From the NCBI GenBank assembly GCA_002382735.1, contig DFZN01000071.1:55542-119541 (forward strand): a DNA stretch of 64,000 nucleotides, read 5' to 3'. The position numbers were made by a program, and so were the translations under genes. The DNA comes from a bacterium UBP11_UBA4055. Its GTDB lineage: Bacteria; UBA4055. This document shows, one piece after another, positions 46,420 to 56,105 of the stretch (positions are counted from its first letter, which is position 1; each line of letters begins with the position of its first letter). The notes beneath the pieces were generated by a model. It searched no databases. It was not told where the DNA came from and saw nothing but the letters and a program-made list of their open reading frames with translations.

Positions 46420-47196
46420 CTATCCGAATTGTCCGGTAATATATTCCTCTGTCCTTTTCTGGTCAGGGCTGGTGAATATCTTGGTTGTTTTGTTGTATTC
46501 GATGAGGCTGCCTATATAGAAGAATGCCGTATAATCCGAAACCCTTGAAGCCTGCTGCATGTTGTGTGTCACGATTATGATGGTCACCTGATCCTTTAAT
46601 TCGCCGATGAGTTCCTCAATCCTGTTGGTTGACTGAGGGTCAAGAGAGCTTGTGGGTTCGTCCATTAAGAGCACTTCAGGTTCCACTGCGAGGGCTCTTG
46701 CTATCGAAAGTCTCTGCTGCTGACCTCCCGACAGACTTCCCCCTGGCGTTTTCAGCCTGTCCTTAACTTCATCCCACAGAGCTGACTGGCGAAGAGATCT
46801 TTCACAGACCTCGTCAAGAAGCTTTCTGTCCCTGAAACCCACAAGTTTAAGGCCCGCGACCACATTATCGTATATGGACATTGTGGGGAAGGGTGTAGGC
46901 TTCTGGAATACCATTCCTATTTTTCTTCTGATTATTACCGGATCGAGCTTGGGATCATATATATCCTGACCGTCAATGAGAGCTTTTCCGGTCACTTTCG
47001 CGCCTCTCGTAAGGTCGTGCATCCTGTTGAGAGCTCTTAAGAAAGTAGTCTTTCCGCATCCTGAAGGTCCGATGAGCGCGGTTACTTTTTTATCATAGAT
47101 CTTAAGGCTCACATCTTTAACCCCCGGATTCTCTCCGTAAAAAACTGAAAGTCCTATGGTCTCGAGCCTTAATTTATTTTCAATAACATTGTCCAT
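46420..47196 (-). CDS. pstB: phosphate ABC transporter ATP-binding protein PstB
   Basis: Walker A is GPSGCGKTT. The ABC signature is [15 protein letters not shown]. Walker B is [11 protein letters not shown]. The H-loop is VTHNM. Confidence 0.95.
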   Translation of the reverse strand: MDNVIENKLRLETIGLSVFYGENPGVKDVSLKIYDKKVTALIGPSGCGKTTFLRALNRMHDLTRGAKVTGKALIDGQDIYDPKLDPVIIRRKIGMVFQKPTPFPTMSIYDNVVAGLKLVGFRDRKLLDEVCERSLRQSALWDEVKDRLKTPGGSLSGGQQQRLSIARALAVEPEVLLMDEPTSSLDPQSTNRIEELIGELKDQVTIIIVTHNMQQASRVSDYTAFFYIGSLIEYNKTTKIFTSPDQKRTEEYITGQFG

Positions 47197-47198
47197 CT

Positions 47199-48062
47199 CT
47201 ATTCCTGTTTTTTATCTCTTATGAAAAATCTTGCCGCTGCGAAAGACGCTGTGATGACCGCCAAAAGGATTATAGCCGCCGCCCATCCCATTCCGTGCCA
47301 GTGCTCGTACGGGCTGATAGCCAGGTTGTACAGCCTTTGCGGCAGAGTATCGACCGGTCCGAATATCCAGCCTGTCCACTTGACCGGCAGGTAATTGTTG
47401 CCGAACGAGGTAAAAACCAGCGGCGCTGCTTCTCCGGCTGCCCTTGCGAACGCGATCAAAAATCCCGTTACGAGCCCTACTTTGGCCGCAGGGATGATAG
47501 TAGAGAGAATTACTCTCCATCTGGGCAGGCCGATAGCGAGCCCGGCTTCTCTGATCGACCACGGGATGTTCATCAGCGCGCTTTCGGTCGCTCTGGCGAT
47601 TATGGGGAACATGACGAAAGCCAGCGCGACGCCTCCGGAAAGCCCGGAAAACGAGCCCATGGGTTTTACGACAAGCACGAAAGCGAGCAGGCCTTTTAAG
47701 ACCGCGGGCATTCCGTTGAGCGTGTCGTTGAGCACTCTGAGGATCGGGTTCGCCCAATGGTCGGGATATTCTGACAGCATGACGCCCGCACCGATCCCGA
47801 ACGGGATCGATATCAGCACGGCCATAATATCAACGACAGCCGTACCTATGATCGTGTGAACAAGTCCTGTCGGTTCTCCCATCATGTTCCTTGTCGGCGA
47901 TCCGAGTTCTTTCGTGAACAGGTCGAGGCTGATATAATTAAATCCCTGGACTATTACATAGCCGAGTATGATAAAAAGAGGAATAAGAACCGCGACAGTA
48001 TTGAGTATTATAAAAACGAGCACAACATTATCCCGTGCGTATCTGCTTCTGAGACTCCTCAT
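47199..48062 (-). CDS. pstA: phosphate ABC transporter permease PstA
   Basis: A multi-TM permease with an EAA-like loop (…[14 protein letters not shown]…). The true start, MRSLRSRY, overlaps the pstC stop (ATGA). The track ORF to 48608 is an alternative-frame read-through of GC-rich DNA. Confidence 0.9.
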   Translation of the reverse strand: MRSLRSRYARDNVVLVFIILNTVAVLIPLFIILGYVIVQGFNYISLDLFTKELGSPTRNMMGEPTGLVHTIIGTAVVDIMAVLISIPFGIGAGVMLSEYPDHWANPILRVLNDTLNGMPAVLKGLLAFVLVVKPMGSFSGLSGGVALAFVMFPIIARATESALMNIPWSIREAGLAIGLPRWRVILSTIIPAAKVGLVTGFLIAFARAAGEAAPLVFTSFGNNYLPVKWTGWIFGPVDTLPQRLYNLAISPYEHWHGMGWAAAIILLAVITASFAAARFFIRDKKQE

Positions 48063-49063
48063 ACCGCCCTCCCGCCGGTCACCGCATATTTTCTCTGTAT
48101 ATAAGCGGCCGCCAGATTCACGATAAGCGATATCAGGAACAGGTAGAACCCTACGGCCATAAGGCTTGTTAAATGAATGTTCTCGACCGCTTCCCTGAAC
48201 TCGTTCACTATTACCGATGCCATGGTCGAACCGGGGCCGAAGAGGGTGAAGGGGAGAGTGTTCTTGTTCCCGATCAGCATCGCGACCGCCATCGTCTCGC
48301 CGATAGCTCTGCCCAGCGAGAGCATAGTGCCGGCAAGTATTCCGCCCCTTGAGTACGGGATCACGGCCATCCTGATGACCTCCCATTTGGTCGCGCCGAG
48401 AGCACTGGCGGCTTCCCGCTGCTCTTTGGGCACCATTCTGAACGCGTCCACCGTGAGAGCCGTAGTAAAAGGAATGATCATGATCGTTAAGATTATCGTC
48501 GCGGTCATCATTCCGTACCCGATCGGGTTTCCCAGAATGGGAGTCAGTCCCGGCGCGTTCTCCAGCGACCAGATGTAAACGGGAATCTCGACCGTGTCCC
48601 TGATCCACGGTGTGAATACGAACACTCCCCAGATCCCGATAACGACGGACGGGACAGCCGCTATCAGGTTAACAAGGTTCTCGATAATATGCGAGAGCCA
48701 GTGCGGAGCGTATTCGGCCGTGAAGACCGCGATCGCGATCGCGGGGATGAACGAAAGTGCCAGAGCACCGAGGCTTGTTGACACCGTGCCGACTATGAAC
48801 GGCCACGCACCGAATTCCATGGTTATAGCAGGATCCCATTTTTCGCCTGTTAAAAATCCCCAGAACCCGAATCTCGTGATCGCTTCCGAGCCCTCATAAT
48901 AAAGTGAAATGGCCATAGCGAGAGTCGTAAAAATGACGATAAATCCTAAAACGAAGACGGAGACAGCGAATATTCTGTCTCCGAGCCATCCGTACAGCGC
49001 AGACGGGCTGACATTTATTTTTTTTGTGTTGTTATCGGACACTTTATTAGTCTCCTTAGCCAA
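48059..49063 (-). CDS. pstC: phosphate ABC transporter permease PstC
   Basis: A multi-TM permease with an EAA motif (REAASALGATKWEVI). It has a TTG start; a GTG about 20 nt downstream is an alternative start. Confidence 0.9.
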   Translation of the reverse strand: MAKETNKVSDNNTKKINVSPSALYGWLGDRIFAVSVFVLGFIVIFTTLAMAISLYYEGSEAITRFGFWGFLTGEKWDPAITMEFGAWPFIVGTVSTSLGALALSFIPAIAIAVFTAEYAPHWLSHIIENLVNLIAAVPSVVIGIWGVFVFTPWIRDTVEIPVYIWSLENAPGLTPILGNPIGYGMMTATIILTIMIIPFTTALTVDAFRMVPKEQREAASALGATKWEVIRMAVIPYSRGGILAGTMLSLGRAIGETMAVAMLIGNKNTLPFTLFGPGSTMASVIVNEFREAVENIHLTSLMAVGFYLFLISLIVNLAAAYIQRKYAVTGGRAV

Positions 49064-50135
49064 GTATTTTTTTGCCGATCTCTTCGCCGTTCCATTTAAG
49101 TTCTCTTATCATAGCTTTGTTCTTATCTACTGCAGCCTTAGGAAGTTTTGCATATCCGAGCCTTTCCGAAAGACCCTGTCCGTCAGTGATAGCCCAAATA
49201 AGGAATTTTATCAGTTCTTCCGCTTCATTTTTTGATTTGATGGCTTTGTTCTTCTCGAGGTTCTCGTAAACGAGCATCCATGTGAATCCTGCCACAGGAT
49301 AGCCCTGAGCAGCAGGAGTATCGGTAAATATTATTCTTGTGTCCTCGGGAAGGTCTATGTTTGCAGCTTCTGAAGTCGCTTCGAAATTAGGCTTAATAGT
49401 ATTTCCTGACTTATTGATCAGATAACCGTAAGATATTTTGTTGAGCAGGGCATAGGCATAGCTGTTGTATCCCAGAGCTCCCGGAGTGTTCATTACGACT
49501 CCTGCGACTCCTTCATTCCCTTTAGCACCTACTCCGACAGGCCAGTTCACGCTTGTTGCATAACCGATCTTGTCGGCCCACTCTTTTGAAACTTTTGTCA
49601 GATAGCTTGTCCAGATGTTGGTGGTCCCCGATCCGTCAGATCTGTGTACGACTGTTATGTTCAGGTTTGGAAGCTTGATGCTTTTGTTCAGAGCCTGGAT
49701 ATTTTTGTCGTTCCATTTTTTGATCTTGCCCAGGAAAATGTCCGCGAGGACTTCGCCGTTAAAAACAACGCCTTCCTTTACGCCCGGTACATTATAAGTG
49801 ACTACAACATCAGCAAGTGTAATAGGCATGTTGAAAGCTCTTCCGCCCGTCTTTTTTTCCACTTCTTCAACGATCTCATCATTTAAAAAAGCCTCGGTCA
49901 TTCCGAACATTATCGTCTGTTCGCCGAACTGCCTGATACCGCCGCCAGAACCGATCGACTGATAGTTTACCGTTACTCTTCCGTCAGTTAAAGTTCTGTA
50001 CTGGTCAGCCATTGCTGTTACGAGAGGTGCCGGGAATGATGCCCCCGCACCGATCACTTCGATCTTCTGAGCAAAAGCCGTGCTCATTGCCGCAGCGATC
50101 ACGAGAGCGGCTGCCATTTTTTTTGTAAATCTCAT
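49056..50135 (-). CDS. pstS: phosphate-binding periplasmic protein PstS
   Basis: It has a signal peptide and blocks conserved in PstS/PBP family 2 (…GAGASFPAPL…, …YQSIGSGGG…, …SDGSGTT…). An AAGGAG RBS lies 7 nt before the ATG at 50135. Confidence 0.9.
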   Translation of the reverse strand: MRFTKKMAAALVIAAAMSTAFAQKIEVIGAGASFPAPLVTAMADQYRTLTDGRVTVNYQSIGSGGGIRQFGEQTIMFGMTEAFLNDEIVEEVEKKTGGRAFNMPITLADVVVTYNVPGVKEGVVFNGEVLADIFLGKIKKWNDKNIQALNKSIKLPNLNITVVHRSDGSGTTNIWTSYLTKVSKEWADKIGYATSVNWPVGVGAKGNEGVAGVVMNTPGALGYNSYAYALLNKISYGYLINKSGNTIKPNFEATSEAANIDLPEDTRIIFTDTPAAQGYPVAGFTWMLVYENLEKNKAIKSKNEAEELIKFLIWAITDGQGLSERLGYAKLPKAAVDKNKAMIRELKWNGEEIGKKILG

Positions 50136-50201
50136 AAACAATCTCCTTGTTAGTTTTCGTCTGTAATATCATGTTTGATTGTTTGAATAGTTTTTGCGAA
50201 T

Positions 50202-50221
50202 TGTTAGAATTGTGTTAGAAT
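50202..50221 (-). promoter_or_regulatory. putative Pho box: two TGTTAGAAT (minus-strand ATTCTAACA) direct repeats with 11-bp periodicity, 67-86 bp upstream of pstS
   Basis: The sequence is ttgTGTTAGAATtgTGTTAGAATtat. PhoB/PhoP-type boxes are 11-bp-periodic direct repeats. The same TCTAACA heptamer recurs at 55450. Confidence 0.45.
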
Positions 50222-50398
50222 TATAATTTTTAACATTAATTATTATGAATGACATTTAGTATTTATGTAACAAAAGTATCGAAATTCGGTATTTATCTCG
50301 TAGAGGAACTAAGATATGAGCATAACTGAAAATGATTTTTAACATTAAAATGGACAGTGCCCTGTATCTCTTTTCGAATTAAAAAAAAATCGGAAAAA

Positions 50399-50749
50399 CT
50401 AAATTATTTTAAGAGCGATGTCAGAAATCTGCTGTTTATTCTGAGGTAAATGGTTTTTTATCACATCCCAGATTATTTCATGATCTATCCCGAAGTATTC
50501 GTGAGAGACTTTGTTTCTCATAAGATACATCTCCATCCATGGAAAATCGGGGTATTGATCTTTTATTCCCTGAGAAATATTCTTTGCCGCTTCTCCAATC
50601 ACTTCTAAATTCCTGATAACAGCATCAACAGTCTTAGAGTCGTCAAGAAAATCATCATACTCCATACCGTTCACATACTCTTCAATTTTCTCAATTGAAA
50701 GGACTATATCTTCAAAATACATTCTATTTGTTCGAAGTTCTTTCTTCAT
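50399..50749 (-). CDS. hepT: HepT-like HEPN (DUF86) toxin
   Basis: The Rx4HxY motif is RNKVSHEY. It is a 116-aa protein whose start overlaps the upstream NTase stop. Confidence 0.8.
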   Translation of the reverse strand: MKKELRTNRMYFEDIVLSIEKIEEYVNGMEYDDFLDDSKTVDAVIRNLEVIGEAAKNISQGIKDQYPDFPWMEMYLMRNKVSHEYFGIDHEIIWDVIKNHLPQNKQQISDIALKII

Positions 50750-51039
50750 CAGATATATTTCACCTGGCTTAATATACTATCTCTAATCTGAGATTTCAGG
50801 GCATTTCTGGTTACAAGATCAACTTTTCTGCCAAGAATTTTTTGAAGGTATAATTCAAGAGTGAAATATTTCCAGCCGACAGGTTTCTTGAAATCTACTA
50901 AAATATCGACATCACTGTCGTTATTATAGCTGCCGTCTGAGAAAGATCCGAAAATACCGAGCCTTTCGACTGCGTATTCTTTAGCCAGTTCGGGCATTGA
51001 TCTTTTAAGGATTCCGATTATTTCTTCATCTTTTTTCAT
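50749..51039 (-). CDS. mntA: MntA-like minimal nucleotidyltransferase antitoxin
   Basis: LGIFGSFSDGSYNNDSDVDILVDF is the NTase GS…DxD motif. It lies upstream of, and overlapping, hepT. Confidence 0.8.
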   Translation of the reverse strand: MKKDEEIIGILKRSMPELAKEYAVERLGIFGSFSDGSYNNDSDVDILVDFKKPVGWKYFTLELYLQKILGRKVDLVTRNALKSQIRDSILSQVKYI

Positions 51040-51209
51040 AAAGGGAATTTAAACAAATTTAACTCCAACTGCAATGATTTTAACAAAAATCCTTTCTCCG
51101 CCATTATTTGGCGTAATCCTTTGTTTATATTTCTTCTGTCGTTAATTTTACTCGGAGGTAAATTATATGAAAGGCGCGATACATTATAAACTGAAAACGG
51201 AGTAAAATA

Positions 51210-52163
51210 ATGCCTGAAAAATATCAGATGGAAAGAATTCTCGCGGCTTTAAAAGCGCTCACGACGGTCGGTTACATCAAAAGAGAAAGCTTAATGGAGG
51301 AATGCCGGATAAGCTCGAGGACATTCGACAGGTTCATCGCCGATCTCAAGTTATATGTGCCCGTCATATATGACGATGTGAAAAACCGGTATGTGATCGA
51401 CCGCACCAAGGCTAATCAGAGAACCGAGATGCTTGAGTATTATAAAAAGGTGATGATAAAAGATGACTTTCTGCTTTTTTACGCGTTCGTTCGCAGCATG
51501 ATAAAAAGCAAATATTTTTTCCCGCCGTTCAGCACTGAATACGGTACATCATCGCAGCCCAGAGATTTTGCAAAGGTACTTAAGATGCTCGAGGATCTTG
51601 TCAGCCCTGTGGATAAAAAGATTTACGATAAGGTCGAATATTTTCTATCGGGGCATTATCATTTCCGGAACAGACCGCACTACAAAGATGTGTGCGAAAG
51701 GATATGGTATATGATCGCATATCTTGTTGAATCGAGCAAAGTGCCTGAAGAAGAATGCAATGTAGTCAGAACATACAAAATAGCATATATTAAGAATTCC
51801 GAGCTTGTAAAAGGCGAATTCTATCCCGTTCACGAAGAAGAACCGGAATACAGTTTCCAGAATTCCTTCGGGATCTATATGGATGAGGCTTTAAAAAGAG
51901 CGGTCATCAATATTTATGGACATGCTGCGCATGACGCAATGGAGATCGTATGGCATCAGGATCAGTTCACGCGAGATCTGAAAGACGGGGACGGAAACAA
52001 GTTTACCCAGATAAGCCTGGATTATCCCGAAAAGGGCGGGGTTGAGCTGATGTCGAGAGTTTTGTCATTCGGTACAAATGCCGAAATAGTGTCGCCACCG
52101 GAATTGAAAGCTCAGTGGCAGAATGAAATTAATGCTATGGGCAAAAAGTTTCTAAAGGAATAA
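51210..52163 (+). CDS. WYL-domain transcriptional regulator (N-terminal HTH, central WYL, C-terminal WCX-like; PafBC/BrxR/CapW-like)
   Basis: The N-terminal HTH is YIKRESLMEECRISSRTFDRFIADL. The C-terminal VLSFGTNAEIVSPPELKAQW resembles the conserved '…ILSFGxxVEVLEPxELR' tail of WYL regulators. Confidence 0.6.
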   Translation: MPEKYQMERILAALKALTTVGYIKRESLMEECRISSRTFDRFIADLKLYVPVIYDDVKNRYVIDRTKANQRTEMLEYYKKVMIKDDFLLFYAFVRSMIKSKYFFPPFSTEYGTSSQPRDFAKVLKMLEDLVSPVDKKIYDKVEYFLSGHYHFRNRPHYKDVCERIWYMIAYLVESSKVPEEECNVVRTYKIAYIKNSELVKGEFYPVHEEEPEYSFQNSFGIYMDEALKRAVINIYGHAAHDAMEIVWHQDQFTRDLKDGDGNKFTQISLDYPEKGGVELMSRVLSFGTNAEIVSPPELKAQWQNEINAMGKKFLKE

Positions 52164-52175
52164 TCCCGAATAAAA

Positions 52176-52595
52176 TTATAAATTATTTCGAACTGAATGA
52201 ATCCTTACCGGAATCACTTTTGAGAACTCAAAAAAGTCTTTGTCGGTACTAAAAATGCTTATATTTCTGTTTATAGAGACGGCGCAGATGAGAAAATCTA
52301 TATGAGACCCCTGTATTCCATTCTTACGGCAGATATTATACAGCTCAGAAGCCTTCTCGTAATCTTCAGAATTTATAGCCATATCTTCAAAATATTTTAA
52401 TTTGTCTTTCAGCATTTCATATTTTTCAGCCTGAGAAATTCCTGATAATAACTCCTGCCTAACAGGTCCGATGATCACCGCTCTAAATTCTTTTATCAGT
52501 TCCTTAAGCTCATTCACCGTCTTTTTTTCATCGCCTGTAAGAGTCTTTTTTCTCAGAGCGAGTGACCATACCGAGGTGTCAATAAGAACTTTCAT
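52176..52595 (-). CDS. vapC: PIN-domain ribonuclease toxin VapC
   Basis: MKVLIDTSVW carries Asp6. Acidic residues are conserved in later helices. It overlaps the upstream antitoxin by 4 nt. Confidence 0.8.
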   Translation of the reverse strand: MKVLIDTSVWSLALRKKTLTGDEKKTVNELKELIKEFRAVIIGPVRQELLSGISQAEKYEMLKDKLKYFEDMAINSEDYEKASELYNICRKNGIQGSHIDFLICAVSINRNISIFSTDKDFFEFSKVIPVRIHSVRNNL

Positions 52596-52792
52596 TTTCT
52601 GTTTCTCATTTTTTTATAATCATAATCTTTTTCATATTCGACAGTCCCGAATATCCCGATTATTTCTTCCTGCTTGTGGTGCATGATAAATTCGCGCAGA
52701 GCTGTATTAACGGTTTCTTTCTTGGTCGGAATACAGGAAATTTTCTGTGCTTCGATTATTAGATTATCGTCAAGTGATAGATTCGTAGGCAT
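52592..52792 (-). CDS. vapB: VapB-family antitoxin
   Basis: MPTNLSLDDNLIIEAQKISCIPTKKETVNTALREF is the typical VapB/DUF2191 N-terminus. AGGAGG lies 6 nt upstream of the ATG at 52792. The track starts earlier, at 52831. Confidence 0.7.
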   Translation of the reverse strand: MPTNLSLDDNLIIEAQKISCIPTKKETVNTALREFIMHHKQEEIIGIFGTVEYEKDYDYKKMRNRK

Positions 52793-52862
52793 AACAACCT
52801 CCTTGTTTCTTTTGTGTGTAATATAACACAAACCAATGTGTAAGTCAAATTTTTATTATAAA

Positions 52863-54635
52863 TTATTTCGGGATAACCAGTGTAAAAGTCGATCCCTTGC
52901 CGACTTCGCTTTCAACTGTCGCTCTGCCTTTGTGCAGGTTCATGATGTGTTTGACTATGGAAAGCCCTAAACCCGTTCCGCCTTCTTTTCTGCTTCTTGA
53001 TTTGTCTATGCGGTAAAATCGCTCGAATATTTTGTCGAAATGAACAGGACTGATCCCCTGGCCTTTGTCAGTTACGGAGAAGTTGACTGTACCTTCCTCC
53101 TCGAAACATTTTACTGAGACTTCGGAACCTTCAGGGCTGTATTTTATCGCATTGTCAACGAGGTTCAAAAGAGCCTGTTCGATAAGAGGCTGGCTGCATC
53201 TGAAGTTCCCTGATAAAGAAGAACCGGACTGAATCGCGATCTTTTTTTCACCGGCCTTTCCGGAGCACAATTCTTTTACATTATTAATAATGACATCGGC
53301 TTTTGCTTCGCTCAGTTCGAATTCTTCTTCCTTCTCCTCTTTCTCCAGAGTAGCCAGTGTAAGCAGGTCCTCGATTATTGAATTGAGCCTGTCAACATGT
53401 TTTTGTATAATATTGAGAAATTTCCGCCGGTCATCGTCAGACTGTTCCTCGTCGATAAGAGTTTCAACGAACCCCTTTATGGAAGTCAGCGGAGTTCTTA
53501 ATTCGTGCGAGACATTGGCTACGAATTCCCGCCTGATGTTCTCGAGCCTCTTAATATCGGTGATATCGTGCATAACTATGACCGCGCCTATCGTTTTACC
53601 GAAAGCGTCCTGCAGCGAACTTCCCTGAATGTGAATGAAAATATCTCTGCCTTCAAAATTGAGCCGCATTTCCTTCTTTTCGGAGGTCACAAGATTATTC
53701 TTAACTAGTGATGTAATGAATTCCTGGATCTTTGTGTTCCTTGTTGCCTCCTGGATCAGTTTACCCTGGGCTTTCTGCGGATCAGCACCGAGTATTCTGC
53801 AGGCCGACTGGTTTATCATTATGACCCTGTCGTCCAAATCAACTGCGATCACACCCTCGATCATGGATTTTAGAATAGCGGACTGTTCCTTATTCCTCAG
53901 CTCAAGTTTTTTGATCTTTTCCTCAAGCTCGCCGGCCATAAAATCCATTGTTTCCGAAAGCTGATTGGTCTCGTATTGCGAATATTCCTCGATCAGATGT
54001 TTAAAATCCCCGTTGGCGAACTTCTTTGCCTTGTTCTTAAGCTGTATCAGGGGCGCGCTGAGCCTTTTTGACAAATACAGGCTTACTGCGGCGAGGAGCA
54101 GCACGACTATAGTTACCACCCAGAGTATCCTTTTTGTGAAAAGTATGATCGTTTCAGTGAAGCTCATCAGCGGATAGGCGGTTCTCACCACGATTTTCCT
54201 GCCGTTTACATTATATACGGGGAGAGCGGCGTACATCAGGTCCTTCTTTAAAGTGGAGCTGAACCTGACCGACCTTCCTCTTTCTCCGGACAGCGCGGCT
54301 GAGACTTCGGGCCTTGTCCTGTGATTTTCCATTGCCGATGCTGTTTCTTTGCTGTCTGCCAGAACAACACCGTTCTCATCGATCACCGTTATTCTGGTGG
54401 TAAGAGCCGAAGCGTATCCCGTAACGATACTGTCGAGCATAGATAACTCATCATCATCCACACTTTCAAGCTGGGCTTTGACGAGCGTGCCTTCATTAAC
54501 TATCTTTTCGAAAATAAAATCCGAGTAGATGTTTTTAAATGTTCTCACCGAAAATATTACTATCAGCAGTCCCGACACGAAGGTTATAAAAACGAATGCG
54601 GGAAAAATGCTCCAGAAAAAAGGTTTTCTTTTCAT
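52863..54635 (-). CDS. phoR: phosphate-regulon-type sensor histidine kinase (2 TM, HAMP, PAS, HisKA, HATPase_c)
   Basis: HisKA is NVSHELRTPLTSIKGFVETL, the PhoR-type H-box. HATPase motifs are LVDNAIKYS, DKGQGIS and GTGLGLSIVKHI. It is adjacent to phoB and near pst. The start was chosen at MKRKPFF. Confidence 0.75.
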   Translation of the reverse strand: MKRKPFFWSIFPAFVFITFVSGLLIVIFSVRTFKNIYSDFIFEKIVNEGTLVKAQLESVDDDELSMLDSIVTGYASALTTRITVIDENGVVLADSKETASAMENHRTRPEVSAALSGERGRSVRFSSTLKKDLMYAALPVYNVNGRKIVVRTAYPLMSFTETIILFTKRILWVVTIVVLLLAAVSLYLSKRLSAPLIQLKNKAKKFANGDFKHLIEEYSQYETNQLSETMDFMAGELEEKIKKLELRNKEQSAILKSMIEGVIAVDLDDRVIMINQSACRILGADPQKAQGKLIQEATRNTKIQEFITSLVKNNLVTSEKKEMRLNFEGRDIFIHIQGSSLQDAFGKTIGAVIVMHDITDIKRLENIRREFVANVSHELRTPLTSIKGFVETLIDEEQSDDDRRKFLNIIQKHVDRLNSIIEDLLTLATLEKEEKEEEFELSEAKADVIINNVKELCSGKAGEKKIAIQSGSSLSGNFRCSQPLIEQALLNLVDNAIKYSPEGSEVSVKCFEEEGTVNFSVTDKGQGISPVHFDKIFERFYRIDKSRSRKEGGTGLGLSIVKHIMNLHKGRATVESEVGKGSTFTLVIPK

Positions 54636-54645
54636 GATCTTATCT

Positions 54646-55335
54646 CTATTTATCCATAAATCTGTATCCGATGCCTCTGACCGTCTGAATATATTTTCCG
54701 GCATCTTTAAGTTTCTTCCTCAGGCTGACCATCATAACATCCACGCTTCTGTCGGTCACCGGATAATTCTCCCCGTGAACGCTTTCAACGATCTGATACC
54801 GCGTGAATACCCAGCCCGGCCGTCCTGCAAGTAGGTGCAGCGCTTTGAATTCCGATGCCGTAAGCATGATCTTTTCATTTTTGACTATAACTTCGTATCT
54901 GCCGGGTACTATCTGCATCTCATGTACCGAGATATTCTCTTTTTTGATCTCGGTGATCTGTTCTTTACGCCTGAGAACTGCTTTAATCCTTGCCACGAGA
55001 ACTTTTGGCGAGAAGGGTTTCAGAATATAATCGTCAGCGCCTATCTCGAGCCCCGTGATAATGTCAGTTTCTTCTCCTTTCGCGGTCAGCATGATCACAG
55101 GGATATTTTCTGTGGAAGGAGACTTTTTCAGTTTCTTGCATATCTCAAGACCGTCCATTCCCGGAAGCATGAGGTCGAGAAGAACAAGATCACAGGCGTC
55201 TGTTTCGATGTATTCCAGAAATTCCTCGCCACTGCCGAATACTTTTGTTACGAACGAATTTTTTGCAAGATTGTAGGAGATCAGCTCCTGTATATCTTCC
55301 TCGTCCTCTACTACAAATATTCTTTCCCTGCCCAT
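54646..55335 (-). CDS. phoB: OmpR/PhoB-family response regulator
   Basis: REC is IFVVEDEEDI…LVLLDLMLPGMDG…VIMLTAKGEE…DDYILKPFSPKVLVARIKAVLRR, a PhoB-like signature. It has a C-terminal winged helix (…VRGIGYRF). Confidence 0.85.
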   Translation of the reverse strand: MGRERIFVVEDEEDIQELISYNLAKNSFVTKVFGSGEEFLEYIETDACDLVLLDLMLPGMDGLEICKKLKKSPSTENIPVIMLTAKGEETDIITGLEIGADDYILKPFSPKVLVARIKAVLRRKEQITEIKKENISVHEMQIVPGRYEVIVKNEKIMLTASEFKALHLLAGRPGWVFTRYQIVESVHGENYPVTDRSVDVMMVSLRKKLKDAGKYIQTVRGIGYRFMDK

Positions 55336-55449
55336 AATTTTCCTCTCGGCTTATGTTTTACAATATACCAAATATCGGATAAAAATGTTAGAGAAATATT
55401 GCACAATTATTAGTATTGAGTTAGAAAACAGTATTTTGCAGAAAAATAT

Positions 55450-55478
55450 TCTAACAAATATTTAACAATACGCTGACA
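55450..55478 (+). promoter_or_regulatory. putative Pho-box array: three heptamers (TCTAACA / TTTAACA / GCTGACA) at exact 11-bp spacing, 34-62 bp upstream of the START-protein gene and in the phoB-divergent intergenic region
   Basis: ttCTAACAaatatTTAACAatacgcTGACAat. It matches the TT(A/T/C)ACA-N5 periodic architecture of PhoP/PhoB boxes. Confidence 0.45.
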
Positions 55479-55511
55479 ATCTTCAAACAATAACTGTTTA
55501 TATTTGGCAGT

Positions 55512-56105
55512 ATGAAATATATCCTTTACATCATATTTCTGATATTTGCGTTCATTCTGGCAGCGGATGAAAACTGGGAACTGAAAAAACAGGGCGGTAA
55601 CTTCAAAGCCTATTTAAAAGACCGCAACGGAAAACACTACAGGATCGAAGCTGAATTCAGCTGTTCTTCCGATTCCGTTTATAATTTTCTGACCGGATTT
55701 GAGCGTTTCCCGGATCACTTCGACAACATAAGTTCTCTGGCGATCCTGAGCTCGAACGATTCTGTCACGATACACTACTCAGTTATCGACGCACCCTGGC
55801 CTTTTTCAGACAGGGACATGATCACAAGAGTAGAGGTTGACAAAGCTCAGGGAAAGACCACGATATTGTCATCAGCCTGCGATCATAAGATCGGATTCAG
55901 TACGGGAAACAGGATCAGAATAGATGATTTCGAAGAAAAACTGGAGATAACAGAAATAGAAAGCGGAAGAACTCTTCTTACGATATCAGGCAGGATCAGG
56001 CTCAAGGAAAATCTTCCCGAATGGCTACAGAACAGGCTCATTCTTTCGGGACCTGTTAAGACGATAGAAATTATCAATAAAAAATACAACCGGAGAATAA
56101 ATTGA
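55512..56105 (+). CDS. secreted START/SRPBCC lipid-binding-domain protein
   Basis: It has a signal peptide and the START-like DAPWPFSDRDMITRVEV block. Length is 197 aa. Confidence 0.55.
   Translation: MKYILYIIFLIFAFILAADENWELKKQGGNFKAYLKDRNGKHYRIEAEFSCSSDSVYNFLTGFERFPDHFDNISSLAILSSNDSVTIHYSVIDAPWPFSDRDMITRVEVDKAQGKTTILSSACDHKIGFSTGNRIRIDDFEEKLEITEIESGRTLLTISGRIRLKENLPEWLQNRLILSGPVKTIEIINKKYNRRIN

Noticed and set aside
47199-48608. A 469-aa track ORF extending pstA far upstream (MDQGHGRDSRLH…), plus nested ORFs at 47212-47757 (-), 47295-47699 (+), 47395-47859 (+), 48177-48578 (+) and 48594-48899 (+)
   Set aside because: These are alternative-frame read-throughs of GC-rich pstA/pstC DNA. They have Arg/Gly-rich nonsense composition and overlap the real permease genes, and the true pstA start (MRSLRSRY) overlaps the pstC stop.
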